A DNA stretch of 64,000 nt from assembly GCA_047459075.1 (NCBI GenBank), contig VSCH01000016.1:1017-65016 (forward strand). Reading direction: 5' to 3'. Source of the stretch: Acidimicrobiia bacterium. GTDB taxonomy: Bacteria > Actinomycetota > Acidimicrobiia > Acidimicrobiales > VFJN01. This document shows, one piece after another, positions 52,267 to 64,000 of this stretch. Position 1 is the stretch's first letter. The number at the start of each line of letters is the position of its first letter. The position numbers and the translations under genes are program-made. The notes below the pieces were generated by a model, which saw only the letters and a list, made by a program, of their open reading frames with translations, ran no database searches and had not been told where the DNA came from.

Positions 52267-53142
52267 ATGACGCAGGCCACCGGTGAACGCACGATCCCGA
52301 CCCGGCGCATCTCGTTCGAGGAATCGCTGCAGGACCTGCCCCGCCACTTCGCCGTCGACGGCGACCTCCTCCTCAGCCACTTCGCCGCCGTCCTCTCGGC
52401 CCTCTTCCCCGACGGCGAGGACTTCTTCGTCCGCTCCGTCCGCCACTACCGCGACCGCATCACCGACCCCGAGCTGAAGAAGCAGGTCGCCGGCTTCATC
52501 GGCCAGGAGTCGGTCCACGGCCGGGAGCACCGGGTGCTGAACGAGCGCCTCGCCCAGCTCGGGTACCCGACCAAGGGCATCGAGCGGTTCACCCGGCGCG
52601 GGCTCGAGTCGCGCGAGCGGCTGGCGCCGCCCATCTCCAACCTCGCGTTCACCGCCGCGCTCGAGCACTTCACCGCGACGCTCGCCGAGCTGCTGCTGTC
52701 GAGCGAGGACGTGCGGGCCCTGTTCGGCCACGACGGCGTCCGCGACGTGTTCCTCTGGCACGCGCTCGAGGAGTCCGAGCACAAGGCCGTGGCCTTCGAC
52801 GTCTACCGGGCGATGGGCGGCACCGAGCGCATGCGGATCTGGACCATGCAAGGCCTGCGCTTCGGCTTCCCGATCCTGGTGGCCGTCCTCATGGCCATCT
52901 CGCTGGCCCGCGACCCCGCCACCTGGCGGCGGGGCAACCTGCGCCGCAGCTGGCGCCGGTTCCGCTCCTCGCCGCTGCTCAGCCGCGACCTGTGGAACCG
53001 GCTGCGCGAGTACTGCCGCCCGGGCTTCCACCCCGACGACATCGACGCCAGCGAGCTGCTGGCCCGCTGGCGGGCCGAGCTGTTCGGCGACGAGGGGCGG
53101 CTGAACGACAAGCTCGTCGGGGCGTCGAGCCCCGCCGCCTGA
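52267..53142 (+). CDS. Predicted metal-dependent hydrolase (PF10118-like)
   Basis: FEESLQDLPRHFAVDGDLLLSHFAAVLSALFPDGEDFFVRSVRHYRD...FIGQESVHGREH...WHALEESEHKAVAFDVY. My family assignment is from memory of this motif pattern. Confidence 0.65.
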   Translation: MTQATGERTIPTRRISFEESLQDLPRHFAVDGDLLLSHFAAVLSALFPDGEDFFVRSVRHYRDRITDPELKKQVAGFIGQESVHGREHRVLNERLAQLGYPTKGIERFTRRGLESRERLAPPISNLAFTAALEHFTATLAELLLSSEDVRALFGHDGVRDVFLWHALEESEHKAVAFDVYRAMGGTERMRIWTMQGLRFGFPILVAVLMAISLARDPATWRRGNLRRSWRRFRSSPLLSRDLWNRLREYCRPGFHPDDIDASELLARWRAELFGDEGRLNDKLVGASSPAA

Positions 53143-53146
53143 GAGG

Positions 53147-54658
<1,512 letters not shown>

Positions 54659-54681
54659 CCGCCCGGCGCGGCCCCGCGCCG

Positions 54682-54687
54682 TACGGT
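54682..54687 (+). promoter_or_regulatory. Candidate -10 hexamer 6 nt upstream of ATG 54694 (leaderless arrangement)
   Basis: TACGGT, then cgcgcc, then ATG. No SD. Confidence 0.35.
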
Positions 54688-54693
54688 CGCGCC

Positions 54694-55578
54694 ATGACGT
54701 ACTCGATCATCGCCCGCGACCCCGGCACCGGGCTGATGGGCGTGGCGACGCAGTCCCAGGCCCTGGCGGTCGGCGCGAGCGTGCCCTGGGCTGCCGCCGG
54801 CCTCGGCGTCATCGCCACCCAGTCGATGGGCGAGCCGATGTACGGCGACCTGGGCCTCGACGCGCTGCGGGCCGGGCTCACCGTCCACGAGGCGCTGCGG
54901 GCGCTGCGCAGCGTCGACCCCCACCCCGAGCGCCGCCAGGTCGGGATGCTCGACCGGGACGGCGACGTCGCCGTGTACACGGGCGAGGCCTGCGTCGCCG
55001 CCGCCGGCCACGCCGGGGGGACGGGCTGCGTGGCGCTGGCCAACCTCGTGCGGGGCCCCCGGGTGTGGGAGGCGATGGTCGAGGCCTTCGAGGCGTCCTC
55101 GGGCTGGCTGCCGCACCGGCTCGTGACGGCGCTGGAGGCGGCCGAGGACGCCGGGGGCGACGAGCGGGGCCGCCGCTCGGCGGCGATCCTCGTCGTGCGG
55201 GCGTCCCGCAGCGGCCGGCCGTGGCGGGACCGGGTCACCGACCTCCGGGTCGACGACGACCCCGACCCGCTCGGGCGGCTGCGGCGCCTGGTCGACACCA
55301 ACGAGCGCTACCACGAGACCGTGGCCGCCTTCGAGCTGGCCCTCGACGGGCGGCTCGGCGACGCCCTCGACCGGCTGCCGCCCCCGGCCGACGTCGACGA
55401 CGTCGACGTCGTGCTCTGGCGGGCGCTCGTGCTGGCCGCGGGCGGCCGCGCCGGCGAGGCCGCCGCGCTCGGGCGCCGCCTGGTCGGCCGCGACGCCCGG
55501 GCGGCCGGCATCGCCCGGCGGTTCGCCGAGGCCGGGCTCGTGGACCGGGCGCTGGTCGACGCGGTGCTGGGCGGCTGA
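54694..55578 (+). CDS. DUF1028-family (Ntn-hydrolase-like) protein
   Basis: In frame with ORF 53233..55578. MTYSIIARDPGTGLMGVATQSQALAVGASVPWA...GDERGRRSAAILV is typical of DUF1028 as I recall it. Confidence 0.7.
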   Translation: MTYSIIARDPGTGLMGVATQSQALAVGASVPWAAAGLGVIATQSMGEPMYGDLGLDALRAGLTVHEALRALRSVDPHPERRQVGMLDRDGDVAVYTGEACVAAAGHAGGTGCVALANLVRGPRVWEAMVEAFEASSGWLPHRLVTALEAAEDAGGDERGRRSAAILVVRASRSGRPWRDRVTDLRVDDDPDPLGRLRRLVDTNERYHETVAAFELALDGRLGDALDRLPPPADVDDVDVVLWRALVLAAGGRAGEAAALGRRLVGRDARAAGIARRFAEAGLVDRALVDAVLGG

Positions 55579-55590
55579 GGGGCCCGGCCG

Positions 55591-56052
55591 TCAGCCGCGG
55601 CCGGTGCGGGCCCCGAGGGCGGCGAGCGCCGCCCGGGGGACGGCCGCCACCAGGGCGCCGAGCACGGTCAGCCAGTCGAAGCGGTCGCGCCAGACCGTGA
55701 TCCGCCCGTCGACCACCTCGAAGGTGCCGCACACCCAGAAGGCGACCCGGAACGGGCCCCGCTCGAGCACGTCCGTGCGCTCGGTCAGCACGGCGCCGTC
55801 CTCGGCGGCGATGTGGTGGAGCCGGGCCTCGAAGCCGGTGCACAGCCGGGTCAGCCAGCGCATCTGCTCCTCGAACGGGCCCCGCCCCCGGGCCGGCGGC
55901 AGCGGGACGTTCTGGTAGACGATCTCGGGCGACACGAGGGCGAGCGCCCGGTCGAGGTCGAGGTCCTCGAGCGCGCCGAGGAAGGCGCGCACGACGGCGA
56001 CGGGCTCGTCGCCGGGCCGGGCCCCGGCGCCCTCGGCTTGCGGTGACGCCAT
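55591..56052 (-). CDS. NTF2-superfamily protein (limonene-1,2-epoxide hydrolase / SnoaL-like)
   Basis: ORF 55591..56094 (-) trimmed to ATG 56052. VVRAFLGALEDLDLDRALALVSPEIVYQNVP...GRITVWRDRFD. Confidence 0.6.
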   Translation of the reverse strand: MASPQAEGAGARPGDEPVAVVRAFLGALEDLDLDRALALVSPEIVYQNVPLPPARGRGPFEEQMRWLTRLCTGFEARLHHIAAEDGAVLTERTDVLERGPFRVAFWVCGTFEVVDGRITVWRDRFDWLTVLGALVAAVPRAALAALGARTGRG

Positions 56053-56121
56053 CGACGGATCCTCCCCGGTCGGCTGCCAGGGGCACGGTAACACCGGCGC
56101 GGCGGGGCCGGGCCGGACGGC

Positions 56122-57030
56122 TCAGCCCACCGTGGCGAGGAAGTCCTCGATCAGCCGCGCCAGCTCGACGGGCCGGTCGCCCTGCACGCTGTGGCCGGCG
56201 CCCTCCACCCGCTCGACCCGGGCGTCGGGCCGGCGGCGCCGCAGCTCGGCCTCGTCCTCGTCGTCGACGACCGACTGGGGCAGGGTCCCCCGCACGAGCA
56301 TCAGCGGCACGGCCAGCGCGGACACGTCGTCCCACAGCTCGCCGAAGCGCAGGTCGTCGGGCCGGCGGGCCGGGCGGTGGCGGGCGTGGCGCCACACCCA
56401 GGTGCCGTCCTCGCGCTGGACGGCGTTGTGCAGGATCCCCCGGCGCAGCGACGACTCGGACCGGGTGGGGTTGAAGGCCTTCGTCCGGGCCAGCATCTCC
56501 TCGAAGCTGTCGAAGCTCTCGGGGCCGTCGACGAAGGCGATGACGCTCGCCGCCTTCCGGCGGTCGACGCCCGGGGTGACGTCGACGAGGACGAGCGAGC
56601 GCACGAGCTCGGGCGCCAGCCGGGACAGCGCGAGGGCGGTCAGGCCGCCGAGCGACATCCCGACGACGGCCCGCGCCTCGGGGGCCAGCTCCCGCACGGC
56701 GACCGCCACGTCCCGGGCGTTCTCGACCGGGTCGAGCACGCTGCCGCGGCCGCCGTCCGAGTGGCCGTGGCCCGGCAGGTCGACGGCCACCAGCGGCCGG
56801 TCGAGCGCCAGCGCCACCGTGTCCCAGGTGTGGGCGTTCTGGGCGCCGCCGTGCACCAGCACCAGCTCGGGGTCGGACGTCCCCCAGACGAGCGCGCTCA
56901 GCCGCCGGCCGGGGTCGACCTCGACGAACTCCCGGCGGACGGCCGGGGGGCCGTCGTAGGGCAGCCCGTGCTCGGCGGCGTTCTCGTGGAACATCGAGAA
57001 CTCGTCGTAGGGGATCCGCTCGACCGTCAC
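56122..57030 (-). CDS. Alpha/beta-fold hydrolase
   Basis: LVLVHGGAQNAHTWD, nucleophile elbow VVGMSLGG, C-terminal GAGHSVQGDRP. Confidence 0.8.
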   Translation of the reverse strand: MTVERIPYDEFSMFHENAAEHGLPYDGPPAVRREFVEVDPGRRLSALVWGTSDPELVLVHGGAQNAHTWDTVALALDRPLVAVDLPGHGHSDGGRGSVLDPVENARDVAVAVRELAPEARAVVGMSLGGLTALALSRLAPELVRSLVLVDVTPGVDRRKAASVIAFVDGPESFDSFEEMLARTKAFNPTRSESSLRRGILHNAVQREDGTWVWRHARHRPARRPDDLRFGELWDDVSALAVPLMLVRGTLPQSVVDDEDEAELRRRRPDARVERVEGAGHSVQGDRPVELARLIEDFLATVG

Positions 57031-57086
57031 GCCCCCAGCATCGCAGGCCGGGGCGCGGCCGGGCGCGGGGGTGGACGGCTCCGTCG

Positions 57087-59447
<2,361 letters not shown>

Positions 59448-59565
59448 CCCGGGCGCGACCCCACCGACCGCGTCCCGCCGGGTACGCTCCGCGGCGCTTT
59501 GTCACAGTTCGCGATCGATCGCCCGACGACGTCATCCCGAGGAGCGGGTCCGGCGTCTGAGAGGT

Positions 59566-59616
59566 GACCGTCGCCGTCAGCCCCACGGCGGACATCGCGG
59601 GCTGACGGCGGCGGTC
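59566..59616 (+). other. 17-bp GC-rich stem-loop inside the long pcrA/ldt intergenic region (putative 5' leader structure)
   Basis: GACCGTCGCCGTCAGCC (59566-59582) pairs with GGCTGACGGCGGCGGTC (59600-59616) with one G-U pair and a 17-nt loop. No U-tract. Lies 46 nt upstream of the ldt GTG. Confidence 0.5.
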
Positions 59617-59661
59617 GCCCCCGTACGACGTCGCCACGCCCAGCGGAGGAGCAGCACCGAC

Positions 59662-60570
59662 GTGAGCGAGCAGGACCCCGCCCCCCGACACGTGGCTCCC
59701 CGTGGCCGCCTCGCCGCCCGGCGGTGGCGGCGCGCCGCCGTGGCCGCCGCCGTGGTGACGGTCGTGGTGGCCGGCGCCGCCGCGAGCTCGCTGCTGTCGG
59801 GGTCCGGCGACGAGACCGCGACCCGCGGCGCCGGCCCCACCACCACCGACTCGACCACCACGACGACCGAGGCGACGACGACCACGAGCGCCCCGACCAC
59901 GACCACCACCGCGCCCACCACCACGACGACGACGGCCCCGACCACGACGACGACGCTGCCGCCCGACCCGGCGGCCGACGGCACGCTCGAGCTGGGGGAG
60001 AGCGGCGAGGCGGTCCTCGCCCTGCAGCAGCGCCTCGTCGAGCTGGGCTACTGGCTGGGCGAGCCCGACGGCACCTACGGCCAGCTGACCCGGCAGGCGG
60101 TCATGGCCTTCCAGAAGGTCGAGGGCCTGGCCCGTGACGGCGTCGCCGGCCCGGCCACCCAGCAGGCGCTGGCCACCGCCTCCCGGCCGGTGCCCCGGGG
60201 CACGCACGGCATCGAGATCGACCTCGACCGTCAAGTGCTGTTCGTCGTCCAGGACGGCCGCGTCACCTGGGCCATCAACACCTCCACCGGCAACGGCGAG
60301 GCCTACACCAGCTCGACCGGCGGGACGGCCCGGGCGGTCACACCTCCCGGCCACTTCACGATCGAGCGCCAGATCGACGGCCTGCGCGAGGCGCCGCTCG
60401 GCACGCTCTACCGGCCCAAGTACTTCAACGGCGGCATCGCCATCCACGGATCGGGCAGCATCCCGGCGCAGCCCGCCTCGCACGGCTGCGCGCGGGTGAC
60501 GAACGCGGCGATGGACCTGCTGTGGTCCAGCGGCGTGGCCGAGATCGGCACGCCGGTCTGGGTCTACTGA
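59662..60570 (+). CDS. L,D-transpeptidase (YkuD) with peptidoglycan-binding domain and Thr-rich linker
   Basis: GTG start behind GGAGGA. N-terminal TM anchor, poly-Thr linker, PG_binding_1 (LQQRLVELGYWLGEPDGTYGQLTRQAVMAFQ), YkuD catalytic motif HGSGSIPAQPASHGCARV. Confidence 0.85.
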   Translation: MSEQDPAPRHVAPRGRLAARRWRRAAVAAAVVTVVVAGAAASSLLSGSGDETATRGAGPTTTDSTTTTTEATTTTSAPTTTTTAPTTTTTTAPTTTTTLPPDPAADGTLELGESGEAVLALQQRLVELGYWLGEPDGTYGQLTRQAVMAFQKVEGLARDGVAGPATQQALATASRPVPRGTHGIEIDLDRQVLFVVQDGRVTWAINTSTGNGEAYTSSTGGTARAVTPPGHFTIERQIDGLREAPLGTLYRPKYFNGGIAIHGSGSIPAQPASHGCARVTNAAMDLLWSSGVAEIGTPVWVY

Positions 60571-60611
60571 CCCGACCGACCGCCGCGACCGCCACCCGCC
60601 GCCACCCGCCG

Positions 60612-61130
60612 TCAGCCGGCGGTGGTCGACGTCGCCCGCTCGGCGGCGTTGAGGTCGACGTCGAGCATGCCGTCCTCGTCGACCCGGACCGGGTAGGTCG
60701 GCAGGCCGGTGCCGTCGGCCGGGAACTCCCGCCCGTCGCACTCGCCGGCGACCTCGCCGTGCTCGTCGAGCAGCACGAACACCTCGTCCTCGGGGTCCCA
60801 GCGGACGCTGCACGACCGGGGCACGCCGGGCGGACGGGCGCCGATCACGACCCAGCCCTCCTCGGGGTCGTCGCCCAGGTGCTGCAGGTAGATGTCGCGG
60901 TCGCCGCCGGCGGCGTCGGGGTAGAGGATCGGCCCCCGAGCGGCGATCTCCTCGGCTGCGTCCTCGGCCCTCTGCTCGGCGAAGGTGTCCGAGCCCAGCC
61001 GCACCTCGACCCGGCCCTGGCTCGCCAACCGGGCCACGGCGAAGGCGATCAGCAGCGCGAGGACCACCCCCGCCCCCGCCACCGCCAGGGCGCGGCCGGC
61101 GTGGCGTCGGCTCTGCTCGACGGGGCTCAC
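60612..61130 (-). CDS. Hypothetical membrane-anchored protein
   Basis: ORF 60612..61256 (-) trimmed to GTG 61130. One TM helix (ALAVAGAGVVLALLIAFAVA), then an acidic soluble domain. No family recognised. Confidence 0.45.
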   Translation of the reverse strand: MSPVEQSRRHAGRALAVAGAGVVLALLIAFAVARLASQGRVEVRLGSDTFAEQRAEDAAEEIAARGPILYPDAAGGDRDIYLQHLGDDPEEGWVVIGARPPGVPRSCSVRWDPEDEVFVLLDEHGEVAGECDGREFPADGTGLPTYPVRVDEDGMLDVDLNAAERATSTTAG

Positions 61131-61230
61131 GTGCGGGACTTGGGAGGTCTCAGGGCCACGCCCGTAGTATCGCCACCCGGCGCACCGCACAACGAACCGG
61201 CGCCATCGGACCAGCACAGGAGCCGAGCCC

Positions 61231-62373
61231 TTGGACCTGTTCGAATACCAAGGCAAGCAGTTCTTCGCCCGCTACGGCATCCCGGTGAGCCCCGGCGAGG
61301 TCGTCTCCACGGTCGACGAGGCGGTGGCCGCCGCCGAGCGCCTCGGCTACCCGGTCGTGGTCAAGGCCCAGGTGCAGGTGGGCGGGCGTGGCAAGGCCGG
61401 CGGCATCAAGCTCGCCGGCGACGCGGAGGAGACCCGCACCCACGCCCGGAACATCCTGGGGATGGACATCAAGGGCCACACGGTCGAGCTGCTCTGGATC
61501 GAGAAGGCCTCCGACATCGCCGAGGAGTACTACGCGAGCTTCACGCTCGACCGCTCCGTCAAGAAGCACCTCGGCATGCTCTCCGCCAAGGGCGGCGTCG
61601 ACATCGAGGCCGTCGCCGCCGAGGACCCCGACGCCATCGCCAAGATCTGGGTCGACCCGGTCGACGGGCTGACCGAGGAGCAGGCCCGGGCCTGGGTCGA
61701 GGCGGCCAAGCTGAACCCCCGGGCCACCGAGGGCGCGGTCGACGTCCTGCTCAAGCTCTACCGGGCCTACGTCGAGGGCGACGCCGACCTCGTCGAGATC
61801 AACCCGCTGATCCTCAAGCCCACCGGCGAGGTCCACGCGCTCGACGCCAAGGTGACCCTCGACGGCAACGCCGTCTTCCGCCATCCCGACTACGAGCAGT
61901 ACGACGCCACGCAGGTCCGCGACGAGCGCGAGCGGGCGGCCCACGAGAAGGGCCTGCAGTACGTCGGGCTCGACGGCTACGTGGGCGTCATCGCCAACGG
62001 CGCCGGGCTCGCCATGTCGACCGTCGACATCGTCAACCAGGTGGGCGGCAAGCCGGCCAACTTCCTCGACATCGGCGGGGGCGCCTCGGCCGACGTGATG
62101 GCGGGCGCGCTCGAGGTCATCAACAACGACCCCAACGTGCGGTCCATCCTCATCAACATCTTCGGCGGCATCACCAAGGGCGAGGAGGTGGCCAACGGCA
62201 TCGTCACCGCGCTCGGCCGGGTGCAGATCGACGTGCCGATCGTCATCCGCCTCGACGGGACGAACGCCGACCTGGGCCGCGAGATCCTGAAGCCGCACCT
62301 GTCCGACAAGCTCCAGATGCAGCCCACCATGCTCGACGCCGCGAAGACCGCCGTCGCGCTGGCGGGGAAGTGA
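61231..62373 (+). CDS. sucC: Succinate--CoA ligase (ADP-forming) subunit beta
   Basis: TTG start behind AGGAG (61218-61222). (M)DLFEYQGKQFFARYGIPV, ATP-grasp VVVKAQVQVGGRGKAGGIKL, GGITKGEEVANGIV. Confidence 0.95.
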   Translation: MDLFEYQGKQFFARYGIPVSPGEVVSTVDEAVAAAERLGYPVVVKAQVQVGGRGKAGGIKLAGDAEETRTHARNILGMDIKGHTVELLWIEKASDIAEEYYASFTLDRSVKKHLGMLSAKGGVDIEAVAAEDPDAIAKIWVDPVDGLTEEQARAWVEAAKLNPRATEGAVDVLLKLYRAYVEGDADLVEINPLILKPTGEVHALDAKVTLDGNAVFRHPDYEQYDATQVRDERERAAHEKGLQYVGLDGYVGVIANGAGLAMSTVDIVNQVGGKPANFLDIGGGASADVMAGALEVINNDPNVRSILINIFGGITKGEEVANGIVTALGRVQIDVPIVIRLDGTNADLGREILKPHLSDKLQMQPTMLDAAKTAVALAGK

Positions 62374-62384
62374 GGTCCTGAGCC

Positions 62385-63281
62385 ATGGCGATCTTCGTCG
62401 ACGAGAACACCAAGGTCATCTACCAGGGTCTCACCGGCAGCCAGGGCCGCTTCTACGGGCTGCTCAACCGCGACTACGGCACGAAGGTCGTGGCGGGGAC
62501 GAACCCCCGCAAGGCCGGCACCGACGTCGAGGGCATCCCGGTGTTCGCCACGGTGGGCGAGGCCGTCGAGGCCACGGGCGCGACCGCGAGCTGCATCTTC
62601 ATCCCCGCCCCCGGCGTGCGCGACGCGGTCATCGAGGCGGCCGAGGGCGGCGTGAAGTTCATCGTCTGCATCACCGAGGGCGTGCCGGCCCACGACGAGG
62701 CCTGGTTCTACAACAAGCTGCGGCGGGACTTCCCCGACGTGCGGCTGCTGGGCCCGAACTGCCCGGGCATCATCAGCCCCGGCAAGTGCAACATCGGCAT
62801 CACCGCGGGCCACATCGCCAAGCCGCCGGCGCCGGGCGAGAAGGCGGTCGGCATCGTCAGCCGGTCCGGCACCCTCACCTACCAGGCGCTCTACGAGCTG
62901 AAGCTCAACGACATCGCGGTGTCGACCTGTGTCGGCATCGGCGGCGACCCGGTGCCGGGCACGTCGTTCATCGACTGCCTCGAGGCCTTCGAGGCCGACC
63001 CCGACACCCACGCCGTGATGATGTTCGGCGAGATCGGCGGCTCGGCCGAGGAGGAGGCCGCCGAGTTCATCAAGTCGAAGATGACCAAGCCGGTGGTCAG
63101 CTACATCGCCGGCGTCACCGCCCCGCCGGGCAAGAAGATGGGCCACGCCGGCGCCATCGTCTCCGGCGGCAAGGGCACGGCCCAGGCGAAGATGGACGCC
63201 CTGCGGGACGCGGGCGCCAAGGTCGGCCTCAACCCGACCGAGGCCAGCCAGCTCATGGTCGAGGTCGTCCGCAACCTCTGA
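62385..63281 (+). CDS. sucD: Succinate--CoA ligase subunit alpha
   Basis: [32 protein letters not shown], phosphohistidine loop [15 protein letters not shown]. Confidence 0.95.
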   Translation: MAIFVDENTKVIYQGLTGSQGRFYGLLNRDYGTKVVAGTNPRKAGTDVEGIPVFATVGEAVEATGATASCIFIPAPGVRDAVIEAAEGGVKFIVCITEGVPAHDEAWFYNKLRRDFPDVRLLGPNCPGIISPGKCNIGITAGHIAKPPAPGEKAVGIVSRSGTLTYQALYELKLNDIAVSTCVGIGGDPVPGTSFIDCLEAFEADPDTHAVMMFGEIGGSAEEEAAEFIKSKMTKPVVSYIAGVTAPPGKKMGHAGAIVSGGKGTAQAKMDALRDAGAKVGLNPTEASQLMVEVVRNL

Positions 63282-63369
63282 TCCCGCGGCCGTCCCGGAC
63301 GGGCCGCACGCGCACGACGGCGCACCCCGCGGGGTGCGCCGTCCGCGCGCCCGGCCGGTCGTCGCCGGG

Positions 63370-63708
63370 TCAGAGCCCGAGGCGCCCGAGCTCGTCGAGG
63401 ATCTCCATGGCCTCCTGGTACCGGGAGTAGAGCACCATGGCGACCACGACCGCGGCGAGGCCGCCGAGCACGCCGAGGGTGCCGGCCTTGTGCTCCCGGC
63501 TGCTGGCGATCAGGCCGAGCAGGAACGCCGCGGCGCCGAGCGCGGCGAGGGGGGCGAACGCGAGCGCCGGCGTGAACAGCGCGCTGACCGCCGCGACCAA
63601 CCCGAGGACGTTGGCGGTCGTCCCGATCGGCCCGGGCGGGGCCGACGGTGGCTGCGCCTGCGGGCGCGGTGGCGGTTGGGGTGCCGGAGGGGGAGGGACG
63701 GCGCTCAT
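63370..63708 (-). CDS. Proline-rich N-terminus / two-TM small membrane protein (112 aa)
   Basis: Inside ORF 63370..63927 (-). ATG 63708 gives MSAVPPPPAPQPPPRPQAQPPSAPPGP, then two hydrophobic helices. Resembles DUF4190-type proteins, but this is unconfirmed. Confidence 0.5.
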   Translation of the reverse strand: MSAVPPPPAPQPPPRPQAQPPSAPPGPIGTTANVLGLVAAVSALFTPALAFAPLAALGAAAFLLGLIASSREHKAGTLGVLGGLAAVVVAMVLYSRYQEAMEILDELGRLGL

Positions 63709-63803
63709 CCGCCGAGCTCCTCGACGAGGGACGGGATCCCCACGACGAGGGTGAGGAGCGGCGTCGCGAGGATCGGCCCAACCCGCCCGGCGGTCCTGCC
63801 CAT
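63705..63803 (-). CDS. Candidate 32-aa hydrophobic peptide translationally coupled to the downstream membrane protein
   Basis: ATG 63803 is preceded by AGGAGG (complement of 63810-63815) at 6-nt spacing. Encodes MGRTAGRVGPILATPLLTLVVGIPSLVEELGG. The stop overlaps the next ATG (ATGA). GC3-rich codons. Confidence 0.4.
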   Translation of the reverse strand: MGRTAGRVGPILATPLLTLVVGIPSLVEELGG

Positions 63804-64000
63804 GTGCCACCTCCTGTCGCTGCCCTTCGGCCTCTCGGCCGATGCCGTACGGCCGACGGGTATGCCGCCGCCGTGACACGTGGCGTCCGGCCGGTCGCCG
63901 CCTCGACGCACGTCTGGCGTCCCTCACGCGCAGATGTGTTGACGAGCGCCGCCAGGACGGTCGAGCGGGCCCCGGTTCCGGCGGTGCTGTCGTGCCCCTG

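Noticed and set aside
59541-59616. A confident call of a ydaO (c-di-AMP) riboswitch upstream of ldt.
   Set aside because: Only three short blocks resemble my memory of the consensus. The region is much shorter than known examples, and I cannot build the pseudo-two-fold architecture from it. I kept it as a hypothesis in the findings and did not annotate it as an ncRNA.
60591-60610. A perfect tandem duplication of the 10-mer GCCACCCGCC between the convergent ldt and hypothetical genes.
   Set aside because: There are only two copies, it is of low complexity, and it has no spacer structure. It is not a CRISPR array or a meaningful repeat family. It most likely arose by slippage in a GC-rich spacer.

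Overview
This is a very GC-rich window (third codon positions are almost all G/C). Its gene order matches the conserved chromosomal core of Actinobacteria. The core blocks are: infA-rpmJ-rpsM-rpsK-rpsD-rpoA-rplQ-truA; rplM-rpsI-glmM-(glmS-like)-acpS-nnr-alr; tsaE-tsaB-rimI-tsaD followed by CIRCE-groES-groEL; guaB, guaB3 and guaA; and pcrA, sucC and sucD. Lineage-specific inserts sit between these blocks:
- an AfsR/SARP STAND-type regulator that overlaps a Tat-PhoD phosphatase at their 3' ends, plus a second lipoprotein PhoD;
- a PAP2 phosphatase;
- an S58 peptidase after alr;
- a membrane EEP protein plus an LpqY-SugABC-like sugar importer;
- dus-maf, and a NUDIX gene;
- a tightly coupled lipoprotein operon (beta-propeller / Sco / PCuAC / unknown 135-aa lipoprotein / TlpA / CcdA) upstream of guaB;
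- an aromatic-amino-acid decarboxylase;
- a block from 45.9 to 57 kb between guaA and pcrA. It holds a membrane SpeE-like protein, a degenerate amino-acid-dehydrogenase-like protein, a beta-propeller-cytochrome c lipoprotein, a CTP-synthase-GATase-like protein with an incomplete triad, a TetR / metal-hydrolase / EthA-like monooxygenase unit, DUF1028, an NTF2-like protein and an alpha/beta hydrolase.

I saw no tRNA, rRNA, CRISPR array, transposase or integrase.

The items I consider most worth follow-up are:
1. a double-length GlmS-type enzyme at the syntenic glmS position;
2. the copper / cytochrome-maturation lipoprotein operon, with two uncharacterised members and an apparent frameshift;
3. 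the propeller-cytochrome c fusion and its neighbours.

Limits: every call comes from reading the supplied ORF translations and the DNA by eye. No BLAST, HMM or covariance searches were run. In this GC-rich DNA all six frames carry long spurious ORFs, so start codons are often uncertain.
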